DNA of 64,000 bases from a virus, in the IMG/VR virus record IMGVR_UViG_3300037010_003037, positions 64,001 to 128,000 of that record; one strand, given 5' to 3'. Below are positions 27,584 through 36,015 of the stretch, piece by piece. Within the stretch, counting starts at the first letter, position 1. Every line of letters starts with the position of its first letter. The translations under genes were made by a program, and so were the position numbers. The notes under the pieces were generated by a model, which was not told where the DNA came from, made no database searches, and worked only from the letters and a program-made list of their open reading frames with translations.

Positions 27584-27832
27584 ATGAAAATTGAAACACC
27601 AACTAATCTAACAATTGATGGTAAAGACTACGCTGTCGCTGACTTTAGTGACAAGGTTAAAAATTTGGTTGCAATTCGCACTGAATGGCAGAATGAAGCA
27701 CAAAAAGAGCGTTTAGCACTTACAAAAACTGAAGCCGCTATCAGAGCTCTTGATGCTGAACTTGCACAACTAGTTAGTGCTGAACTCTCAGAAAAGAATG
27801 GTGCAGCAAATGATGCTGAAATAGCATCATAA
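27584..27832 (+). CDS. Small coiled-coil hypothetical protein
   Basis: AAGGAG RBS; TIDGKDY followed by heptad pattern. Confidence 0.75.
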   Translation: MKIETPTNLTIDGKDYAVADFSDKVKNLVAIRTEWQNEAQKERLALTKTEAAIRALDAELAQLVSAELSEKNGAANDAEIAS

Positions 27833-27854
27833 AAGCATAACTTTTTATTAAAAT

Positions 27855-27874
27855 CAGGGGCCTTAAGGCCCCTG
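27855..27874 (+). terminator. GC-rich hairpin, probable terminator
   Basis: Perfect palindrome CAGGGGCCTTAAGGCCCCTG; weak U-tract. Confidence 0.7.
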
Positions 27875-27896
27875 TTGTGCATGAAAATACATTATC

Positions 27897-27904
27897 TATA
27901 AATA
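27897..27904 (+). promoter_or_regulatory. T4 late promoter TATAAATA
   Basis: Exact consensus; implies the real start is ATG 27946, not GTG 27877. Confidence 0.7.
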
Positions 27905-27945
27905 CATTGTTGACTCTTAACCTTCTACTATATCATTATTATTTC

Positions 27946-30900
27946 ATGGCACATCTTCTAAAAAATGTCGTCTTATTTGAAGGCATAACTCATCTTGAGG
28001 ATTTACCACTCGATGAGTTTATTCGCACGGTTGAAACACTAAAAGATAAGATAATTACTGAAAAGTTAGATGGAGCAAACCTTTGGTTTGGTCTAGATGA
28101 GAACGGGCTATTTACATCTAGAGAAGGTAAAACACCAAAGAATTCTCGATTCTATAGTGTTAGTGATTATGCCATGGTGGCGGCATATAATGGATTTAGA
28201 GCAGCCCATTTAGCCCTTGAGGCAGTCGAACCAATCATTCGAAAGTATTTTCAACAGGGTGATACTGCTGAAATTGAAGTTCTGTTTGGTCGTCAACCAA
28301 ACACAGTACCTTATGGAGTTAATGACAAGAATTTCATTGTTATTCTAAGGGCAGTTAATGACACACCAGATGAGCGGATTCAGAAACTTGCAAATGCTTT
28401 ACAAAATAAGGTAGTTACTGTAAAATCAACAGTAATATCTTCACCAGATGGTGAACAACTTCAACAAGAAGATGTAAAAATGAAGTGGGAGTTCACTAAA
28501 ACAACTCCTATCAATACCAAACAGGTTAATACTAAGGAAGCAATGAAGCTTCTTAGTGAACTTAAGATGTATCTAAAGCAGAAGAACAACGTTCTTCCAG
28601 AAATGACGAATGCGCAAGTTGCTGAGCTCAAATTATCATCAGTACCTAAAGATCAAAGAGAAGAAGCTAAAAAAGAACGTGAAAGAGTCAATGCCTACAT
28701 TATGACCAATTTCAAAGGTCCAATAAAAGAGCTATTGCTCAACAACCTTGTTCGTAAAATTAAACCATTCTTACAAGCAAAAGATCTTGACTCATCTGAG
28801 GAAATTGGTGTAGAAGGTGTTGTTGTTCGTGATCCTGTTTCTGGTTCACAGATAAAGATTGTTGATAAAGACGTGTTTACAGCCATCAACTCCTTCAATA
28901 ATGAAGTTCGCAATATTATTTCTGGTCTTGTAAGAACAACAGATCAAGATGCACCTATTGAAGCACGAGGCGGAGTGTTCGGACAAGCAAAAATTCGTAT
29001 TGCTAATCTTCTAGGTGTTAAAGAGCTGGCAGCATCTTCGTCTGCTAAACGCTTTATCAGTAAATTTAAGCAGAATGATCCAATATCAACAGCTGATGCT
29101 TTAGCTAAAAGTCTAAAGATTACAAATCTTTCATCAATTAAAACAAAGATATCAGCTATTCTCAAGAGCACACTTCAAGATATTGATGAAATATTGAATG
29201 ATTTCAAACAAGAAGCTGGAAAGCTTAAACTTAAACTAAAAACTGGAAAAGAAATCGGTATAAGTCCTGAAGTTATGAACCGCACGCTTACCGCATTTGC
29301 GGAAACTAAAGCTGATATCAATAGACTTAACAAATTAGTGCAAAAAAGTAGTACTCCAATAGAACTTATACTGGCTTTGTATGGTAGAACAATCGAATCA
29401 CTCTTTAATGGAGATAAAACCGAAGTGAAAGAATCATTCAACTTAATAAAATCTTTACAAGAAGAAGGTGATAGTGGTAGTGTAGATTCAGGAGCTGCAA
29501 ACAATGGAACAGAAGCTCAACTTTCTAATCCTGCCGGGTATATATCATCTGTTCAAACAGGTGCTATTGCATCTGTGCCATTCAAGCTTCTTAAAGGCTC
29601 GAAGATTGTTCAACGCAGAAAGAGAAATTTCACTCGACCTAAAAAGTTCCCCACACCGCAATCACGTTCAGAGTTTAAGCCGACCAGTGAAGGTGGGGAT
29701 TTTTCACTGATTAAGACTATCAGTGAAGACTGGTCACATGTAAAAGACATGAAATTTGCAACTGATGTTGATGATTCTGCATTAGCTAAATCTGATGTTG
29801 AATTTTCACGGTTAAGAAATAACCTTAATATAAGTGATAACGTTTCAGCGATGGACGTTGACCGTTATTTAGACAAAGCACATGAACTAAATAATGAAGT
29901 TGACAGTATAGTCTTTGGCATGGAAACAGATGATGGTAGTATTGTAAAGGTATGGGTAAATGCGCAAGAGGCAGATAACTTTGAAGCAGCTCTAGCTAAA
30001 TTACTTGGTCAAGAAGATGATGTAGAAAAAGTCATTAATATGTTAGCTGATAAGTTTGATATCGTTGATGTTGAATGGCCAGAAAGCATGCAACATGGAA
30101 CAGAAGACTCTACTGATAAATCTTTAGATAATTATTCACAGGATAATAGTGATATAAAAGATGATGATAATTTTGATTCAAATAAAGAATTGAGTCCTGA
30201 AGATAATACTGAAGACGCCTCTGAAAATGATGACATTTATCTTGGAACAGAATCTGATAAGGATGAAGAGAATGAAGATGAAGAGAATGAAGATGAAGAT
30301 GAAGATGAAGAGAATGAAGATGAAGATGAAGATGAAGAGAATGAAGATGAAGAGAATGAAGATGAAGACGAAGAGAATGAAGATGAAGATGAAGATGAAG
30401 AGAATGAAGATGAAGAGAATGAAGATGAAGAGAATGAAGATGAAGAGAATGAAGATGAAGACGTTTTTCTTGGAACAAAATCTGATAAGGATGAAGATGA
30501 GGAAGAAATTTCTTCTAAAAAGGAAACTAAGTCCAATATAATTGGTAAAGAAAAACCAAAAAGTAAAAAAGCAAAAGACATAAAAAAGGAGTCAGTTATG
30601 TTAACATACGGTCAACGATTTAAGGAAAAAATTCTTTCTGAAGAAAATCAAAAGAAAGATAGAAACAAAAATTATAGGGAAAAGAATGATCTTGAACAAC
30701 AAGAAGACCCTATTGTTATTGCTTCTCGTGCAAAGAATAAGAAGCAAGTTGATGATCTTATAAAATCATTTCCAACGGCGAGCCAAAAAGCAATAATCAC
30801 TTTAATGCTTACACTCGGCGCACCAGCGAACGCGATGAAGATTCATAAAACTGATCTTCGCGAAAATATTGAACCTGTTGCAGAAAAGTATCGCAAGAAC

Positions 30901-31512
30901 AGCGCATTTAGAACCTGGGTTCATAAGCTTATGTCTGCTATTTCGTCAAATTCATCTTCAATGAATGAAGAAGCTGTTCTTGAAGATAGTCATTTTGAAA
31001 GTATGCTTTCTAATAAGTATCAGCGCGTCATTTACTATATTCTTAAAGCGCTTGGTTTACCAGAATCAATTGAAATTACTGCAGCACGTGCCCTTAAAAA
31101 GGGTATTCGTTCAACAGCCGAACTGATTATGGACGATAGTCGTGCACGCTTGTATCTTATGTCTGTTGCTGAACAACTTGGGATAAATGATAAAGTTGAA
31201 AATGATTCTGAACCTTCGGAATACGTCAAAGAAGAAACTGTTTTAGAACATAACAATGTAGAAGAAGCGATTGCTGTGCTAACTGATCTACTTACCACAC
31301 TTGGTTTTGATACTACTCGTAATTCGTCAATAGCTATGCAGGCACAACGAGTTAACGCGCGTAAAGCCTTTTTTAAACTTGCAGCTAACCCAACATTATT
31401 GAAGCGTTTGACTATGATCACTAACATGATTAAAAACAAAATCGCTGATCATACACAATCTCCATCTTCATTTTCATCTCCACAGACTATGAATGATAAT
31501 ATTCAAAGATGA
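27946..31512 (+). CDS. Large late protein: ligase-like nucleotidyltransferase N-domain, acidic linker, repeated helical domains
   Basis: HLEDL, ITEKLDGAN (KxDG), EIEVL, EGVVVRD, KIVD; D/E tract; three C-terminal LxxLG repeats. Confidence 0.7.
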   Translation: MAHLLKNVVLFEGITHLEDLPLDEFIRTVETLKDKIITEKLDGANLWFGLDENGLFTSREGKTPKNSRFYSVSDYAMVAAYNGFRAAHLALEAVEPIIRKYFQQGDTAEIEVLFGRQPNTVPYGVNDKNFIVILRAVNDTPDERIQKLANALQNKVVTVKSTVISSPDGEQLQQEDVKMKWEFTKTTPINTKQVNTKEAMKLLSELKMYLKQKNNVLPEMTNAQVAELKLSSVPKDQREEAKKERERVNAYIMTNFKGPIKELLLNNLVRKIKPFLQAKDLDSSEEIGVEGVVVRDPVSGSQIKIVDKDVFTAINSFNNEVRNIISGLVRTTDQDAPIEARGGVFGQAKIRIANLLGVKELAASSSAKRFISKFKQNDPISTADALAKSLKITNLSSIKTKISAILKSTLQDIDEILNDFKQEAGKLKLKLKTGKEIGISPEVMNRTLTAFAETKADINRLNKLVQKSSTPIELILALYGRTIESLFNGDKTEVKESFNLIKSLQEEGDSGSVDSGAANNGTEAQLSNPAGYISSVQTGAIASVPFKLLKGSKIVQRRKRNFTRPKKFPTPQSRSEFKPTSEGGDFSLIKTISEDWSHVKDMKFATDVDDSALAKSDVEFSRLRNNLNISDNVSAMDVDRYLDKAHELNNEVDSIVFGMETDDGSIVKVWVNAQEADNFEAALAKLLGQEDDVEKVINMLADKFDIVDVEWPESMQHGTEDSTDKSLDNYSQDNSDIKDDDNFDSNKELSPEDNTEDASENDDIYLGTESDKDEENEDEENEDEDEDEENEDEDEDEENEDEENEDEDEENEDEDEDEENEDEENEDEENEDEENEDEDVFLGTKSDKDEDEEEISSKKETKSNIIGKEKPKSKKAKDIKKESVMLTYGQRFKEKILSEENQKKDRNKNYREKNDLEQQEDPIVIASRAKNKKQVDDLIKSFPTASQKAIITLMLTLGAPANAMKIHKTDLRENIEPVAEKYRKNSAFRTWVHKLMSAISSNSSSMNEEAVLEDSHFESMLSNKYQRVIYYILKALGLPESIEITAARALKKGIRSTAELIMDDSRARLYLMSVAEQLGINDKVENDSEPSEYVKEETVLEHNNVEEAIAVLTDLLTTLGFDTTRNSSIAMQAQRVNARKAFFKLAANPTLLKRLTMITNMIKNKIADHTQSPSSFSSPQTMNDNIQR
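30241..30497 (+). repeat. In-frame acidic tandem repeat of GAAGAT/GAAGAGAAT units flanked by a 29-bp direct repeat
   Basis: CTTGGAACARAATCTGATAAGGATGAAGA at 30241 and 30469 (228 bp apart) bracket (DEENE/DEDE)n. Confidence 0.95.
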
Positions 31513-31658
31513 TACTATTTTGAAATATTTGTTAAGTGAAATGTAATACTTGCTTTAATAGCTTCAAATGATATTGCTATTATTGAACAAGAAATGTAAA
31601 TTAAGCTTTAATGTTGAAGAAGCAAATAAATTGAGATTTGATCTTAGTGTAAAATAAA

Positions 31659-32321
31659 ATGAAATTTGCTTACCCAGATCTTCAGGCGACATCAGTTCAG
31701 GGTTTACGCCTTTACGAAACTCCTGAGGGAAACTTTTATCCTTCAATCACTACTATTTTAGGCAAGACTATGCCTAAGGAAAAGGCTGATGCATTGAAGA
31801 AATGGCAGCTTTCTCTGGGTCCTTTGGCTGATAAAAAATCTAAAGAGGCTACCGATAAGGGAACCGCAGTGCATTTACTTGCAGAGCGGTTCCTTAAAGG
31901 TGAAGAGCTTATTAAACCTGGAGAAAAATTTGATACTAATTCCATTAGCTCTTTTAATGGACTTAAATTGAAGCTAAAAAAGGTTGAAGAGGTATGGGGG
32001 CAAGAAGTTGCCCTTTATTCTGACATTATTCACGTTGCAGGTCGATGTGATTGTATTGCAGTATACAAAGGTAAACCATGTATTATCGACTTTAAAACGT
32101 CTGGACGTATTAAGCGGGATGAAGATATTGAAGATTATCGTCTTCAGCTTACAGCATATGCCATAATGCACAATGAGATGTTCGGAACTGAAATTTATGA
32201 TGGTGTAATACTTATGTCATCTGATAATGGTTTTCCACAAGAGTTTAATGTAAATCTTTTAGAATACATTGAACCTCTTATTGAGAGAGTAAATGAATTC
32301 TATGCTAATCTTCAACTATAA
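31659..32321 (+). CDS. PD-(D/E)xK exonuclease
   Basis: YPSITTIL, GTAVH, QE, AGRCDCI, IIDFKTS, QLTAYA. Confidence 0.88.
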   Translation: MKFAYPDLQATSVQGLRLYETPEGNFYPSITTILGKTMPKEKADALKKWQLSLGPLADKKSKEATDKGTAVHLLAERFLKGEELIKPGEKFDTNSISSFNGLKLKLKKVEEVWGQEVALYSDIIHVAGRCDCIAVYKGKPCIIDFKTSGRIKRDEDIEDYRLQLTAYAIMHNEMFGTEIYDGVILMSSDNGFPQEFNVNLLEYIEPLIERVNEFYANLQL

Positions 32322-32330
32322 AGGCTTCAT

Positions 32331-32582
32331 ATGAGTAGAACAAATAAACGTGTGTTTGCTGAAGAACTTCATGATTATATTTGGCAATTTGCTAAAGATA
32401 AAACACCGAGTCCATCAGAGATAGAAAAGTTCATAAATGATTTTGAACAAAAAATTGGTTTTCCAATTTTTATTAAAGAAGAACAAATAGATAAAAAAAC
32501 AGCCGTTCTTCTTAAACCATCAACAGAATCAAAACGCCTTCGTGAGCTTGCGGGTATACCACATAAAGGAAACTTCATATGA
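32331..32582 (+). CDS. Hypothetical protein
   Basis: 83 aa; ends ESKRLRELAGI. Confidence 0.7.
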   Translation: MSRTNKRVFAEELHDYIWQFAKDKTPSPSEIEKFINDFEQKIGFPIFIKEEQIDKKTAVLLKPSTESKRLRELAGIPHKGNFI

Positions 32583-33271
32583 AAACATTCATAGTGCAAT
32601 GTGATAATACAGAATTAGAAAACAAATTAGTTGATACTATTATCCAGTATCTGGCTAATAATAATTGTGAATCGCAAGTAGAATCAGTTGGTGATTTCAC
32701 CGTGCATTTTATTAATGCTAAACAGCGTGATGCCTCAGAACAATCATTTGATGATAATGGACAAGATAATGTGACCACTGATGAACCATTACCAGAACCT
32801 GTTATTGAACCGGCTGAAGTATCGCAAGATCTATCAGCTGAAATATCTTCAGAGACGGAACTTCAACCATCACCTACTTCATCAGTTGCACCATTTCAAT
32901 CAATGTGCAAGCTATGGGATTTGTCTTCAAACACACAAGTTCCGTGTGTGCATGATCCACTTAGCAAAATAAGTTATCTTTGTGTTAAGCAGTGTGAAGT
33001 AGTTGGTGATTATGTTATGTTTACTTATGCTGGCATGATGCACAAGGTTCCTCGTGCAGTTTCAAGTGATCCGTGCTGTAATAAAGATGCAATTATTACA
33101 CCATCATCAGTATGTGTTTCGCTTTCTATCGCTGATGGAGCTATTTTTCGTTGTCTTTTAAGTGTGAAATGTGATGATGGGGAAGAACGCGTTGTAATAG
33201 GAAATGATCTTGAACATGAGATACCATCAACAGATATAGAGGTGATAAATGGTTCTATATCAACCAAATAA
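32579..33271 (+). CDS. Hypothetical protein (Cys-rich C-half)
   Basis: 230-aa coupled ORF. Confidence 0.7.
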   Translation: MKTFIVQCDNTELENKLVDTIIQYLANNNCESQVESVGDFTVHFINAKQRDASEQSFDDNGQDNVTTDEPLPEPVIEPAEVSQDLSAEISSETELQPSPTSSVAPFQSMCKLWDLSSNTQVPCVHDPLSKISYLCVKQCEVVGDYVMFTYAGMMHKVPRAVSSDPCCNKDAIITPSSVCVSLSIADGAIFRCLLSVKCDDGEERVVIGNDLEHEIPSTDIEVINGSISTK

Positions 33272-34004
33272 TATCTTATTTAGAATAACATCAGCTGCAG
33301 CTATCAGTAAGTTCAAAAGTATTCAAGCTCATTCACTTGGCCAACTAAATCGAAAAGAACTTGACTTTGATACTAGTGCGCGAGAAGTCGTTCTAATTAC
33401 GTATGACAGATTTTCCCAATGGATTTATCGGGTAGAACGCATATGTTTGACTGCGACTTCAAACAAATATGATACACCTACACTTATACGAGCTCTTATA
33501 GCATCATTTATTGATGAGCAGCGAATCACACAAACCGTAATTGAAAGTCATGGTGATATTTTTAAGAACGGTATTGATGCATACGTTAGAATTATTCACA
33601 ACTACACATCACGTATCATTAAACACTTCTTTGAATCATTATGTGACAAGAAAATTATAGAAATCTATGCTGAAATAGTTGACATAACAAGCATGTATCT
33701 TCAGCACATTCTAGTTGCTATGCATGAGTTTAATAACAATTGTGTCACTAACAAGAAACAACCATTTGTATCAATAGCTGACTTTTGTTTAAATATTACT
33801 AAACCAGAACTGAAGTTGATACCATGTTTTGAGAGAATTAAGTTTTTTGCTAAATGTTCAAAGCACACTGAATTTTTATTAAAGTTTTATGGATCAGATG
33901 AGCACACGTTTGATGAGGCATTTGAAAAGCTACAAGAAATGTGTAAACAATTAAATATTACTCTTGTTAAAGAAGAACTTCTAATTGCGCATGAGGAAAA
34001 ATGA
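33249..34004 (+). CDS. Hypothetical protein
   Basis: 251 aa; GAGGTG RBS. Confidence 0.7.
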   Translation: MVLYQPNNILFRITSAAAISKFKSIQAHSLGQLNRKELDFDTSAREVVLITYDRFSQWIYRVERICLTATSNKYDTPTLIRALIASFIDEQRITQTVIESHGDIFKNGIDAYVRIIHNYTSRIIKHFFESLCDKKIIEIYAEIVDITSMYLQHILVAMHEFNNNCVTNKKQPFVSIADFCLNITKPELKLIPCFERIKFFAKCSKHTEFLLKFYGSDEHTFDEAFEKLQEMCKQLNITLVKEELLIAHEEK

Positions 34005-34663
34005 CAGAATTTCTACTAGGACTCCTTAGACAACTTGCATCAACACTATCACCATTTGACTTTATAGTGGTGTTGTTCTTAATAGCAAGCGGAACATTTT
34101 TTACCATGAAATTCATTTTTAAAAATACTAGGAGTTCTGGTGGGCTACTTGATCTTTTTGCTGGTACATTAAATGATGAACGAATAGAGCAATTAACAAA
34201 AAAGCTGGATGAAACTGCATCAAAAAATGAGCTTATTGCAGTAGAAAAACGAATTATTAATGTTCTCGATGAAATGCGACGCGAAGCGCAAAACCATAGC
34301 AGTGATTTAAGTGAGCACGTTAAAGCAATTTCAATCATAAAGGTTGAGCTTGAAAATTCATTTGATCAGATTAACAAACAGATAGATTCCATTCAGCAGC
34401 AAATAAAAATGCATGACATGCATGATGATGCACAATTTGCTGTTATTAAAGATAACATTACACGCAGCCAAGAGCTAATGAATAAAGTTTTATCACAAAT
34501 AGAAAAAATAGATGAGTTCATAAGAACAACAGTTCCTGAATTCAGAAGTTATCATAAAGAACTAACTAAGGAAGTTAGTACTCTTAACAGAGATATTAAT
34601 GTGATGGATCGTGTTCTACAGGCGCAAATAAATACAAATAAAGAAGGAATTACCCTTCGTTAA
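34001..34663 (+). CDS. Membrane-anchored coiled-coil protein
   Basis: N-terminal TM (FIVVLFLIASGTFF) followed by long heptad repeats. Confidence 0.7.
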   Translation: MTEFLLGLLRQLASTLSPFDFIVVLFLIASGTFFTMKFIFKNTRSSGGLLDLFAGTLNDERIEQLTKKLDETASKNELIAVEKRIINVLDEMRREAQNHSSDLSEHVKAISIIKVELENSFDQINKQIDSIQQQIKMHDMHDDAQFAVIKDNITRSQELMNKVLSQIEKIDEFIRTTVPEFRSYHKELTKEVSTLNRDINVMDRVLQAQINTNKEGITLR

Positions 34664-34688
34664 CTTATATTATAAGATAAAAGATAAA

Positions 34689-35324
34689 ATGAGAAGCCCT
34701 TTTTTAATTGTACAAGATTTCCTCTCTCCCTTAACCTGTGAGAGAATAATTAATGAAAATACTGTTGCTACTCCTGATGTAGACGAGAATGGTGACCCGA
34801 AAAAGCTGGAGCACCATATTTCTAAATTTGATGCTGAAATAGCAGAACGATTTAGAAATCTTATCCCAACAATAGAAGAGCGATATGATTGTGTATATCG
34901 TGGTTTAGAAAAACCACTTTTACAGTACTATCCAGAAAATTCAAAGGCACCGGCTGAACCACCTGGTTGTGAAAACTCTAAGTACATTCGAAAGAAATGG
35001 GTGATGTATAAAGATGTCGACCTAGTTGGTTTTGTATGGTTAAAGGATTATAATGATAATGTTCCTCTTGATCCACGCCATGAAGTTTTTGGTGGCAAAA
35101 TAGAATTCCCAGCATATAACTTTAGTTTAGTTCCTCAGCGGGGGACCCTTGTCCTATTCCCTGCTGGACCACATTTTATTACAGTGATTTCACCTATTCT
35201 CCTTGGTGATTTATATCAAATCAAACTTAATGTGTGCATTAATTCAAAGAACGGTGGTCGTTGGTTTTATCAACCACAAAACTTCCCCGGTAAATGGAAT
35301 GATTGGTTAGAAGAGTTCATGTGA
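34689..35324 (+). CDS. 2OG-Fe(II) oxygenase-fold protein with non-canonical active site
   Basis: VQDFLSPLTCE, WLKDY, GGKIEFP, PQRGTLVLFP; the HxD position reads GCEN. Confidence 0.7.
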   Translation: MRSPFLIVQDFLSPLTCERIINENTVATPDVDENGDPKKLEHHISKFDAEIAERFRNLIPTIEERYDCVYRGLEKPLLQYYPENSKAPAEPPGCENSKYIRKKWVMYKDVDLVGFVWLKDYNDNVPLDPRHEVFGGKIEFPAYNFSLVPQRGTLVLFPAGPHFITVISPILLGDLYQIKLNVCINSKNGGRWFYQPQNFPGKWNDWLEEFM

Positions 35325-35360
35325 GCATAAATTATTCTTGAGCTTCAATCTATTTTCTAG

Positions 35361-35389
35361 TTTACTTAAAATTAATTATTGTATATAAT
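35361..35389 (+). promoter_or_regulatory. Sigma70-like promoter inside an inverted repeat
   Basis: TTTACT-17-TATAAT flanked by TTCAATCTAT (35344) and ATAGATTGAA (35398). Confidence 0.55.
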
Positions 35390-35437
35390 TTTTAATCATA
35401 GATTGAAAGCGCAACGGTGTATTAGCAAAAACAACAG

Positions 35438-35989
35438 ATGAACATTTCATTCAAAAATCTTAAACCTGATGATCAAGCTGCTATCGCTGATCGACTTGAA
35501 GTACGCAAACAGCGGTACCTTGATCTTCTTAGTGAAAAAACAGTTATTACAGATTTTCTTCTAATTGGAGATAGACCAGGGCCGGCGGCACCAACAGACC
35601 CCAACTATCATCACACCCCATTCTATTCTACGAAGCATTGTTCTGGGTGGTTGAATGCATATCTTCACGTTGAAGAAATCCCTGAGGAAAAATTACTTTG
35701 GATAAATGCGTATGATCGCTTAGGAAATCCAATGAGTGCAGACATATCAAAACACATAAAAGCAAAAACAGTAATTGCTCTTGGAAATCATGCTAGCAAA
35801 TGGGCTAAAATGGTTGGTTTTTCTAAACATCCTCGCTTTATCCAGGTTCCTCATCCTCAATGGCACAAGCGTTTCATGCACAGTGAACCATATGATTTGA
35901 TTGAAGTAATTAAATGCTGTTCGCTTAAATCTAGCGTTAATTTTAAAAAGTGTGTGTTTGAAGTGTGTCCATTGCACACTAGAATGTAA
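35438..35989 (+). CDS. Uracil-DNA glycosylase superfamily protein
   Basis: LLIGDRPG, WINA, VIALGNHA, VPHPQW. Confidence 0.65.
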   Translation: MNISFKNLKPDDQAAIADRLEVRKQRYLDLLSEKTVITDFLLIGDRPGPAAPTDPNYHHTPFYSTKHCSGWLNAYLHVEEIPEEKLLWINAYDRLGNPMSADISKHIKAKTVIALGNHASKWAKMVGFSKHPRFIQVPHPQWHKRFMHSEPYDLIEVIKCCSLKSSVNFKKCVFEVCPLHTRM

Positions 35990-36015
35990 ATCTATTCAAA
36001 AGAGCATTTCTTCAT

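Noticed and set aside
27877-27945. GTG 27877 start for the 1211-aa ORF
   Set aside because: It abuts the terminator hairpin and would span the TATAAATA promoter; ATG 27946 fits better.
30241-30497. CRISPR array
   Set aside because: Short tandem coding units with no unique spacers; only two copies of the flanking repeat; no cas genes.
30110-30581. ORFs encoding (HLHS)n, (MKMKR)n and poly-Ser
   Set aside because: Alternative-frame and antisense shadows of the GAAGAT repeat inside the large gene.
31659-32321. Cas4 / CRISPR adaptation gene
   Set aside because: PD-(D/E)xK motifs only, no Cas4 four-Cys cluster pattern, no array; a typical phage exonuclease.
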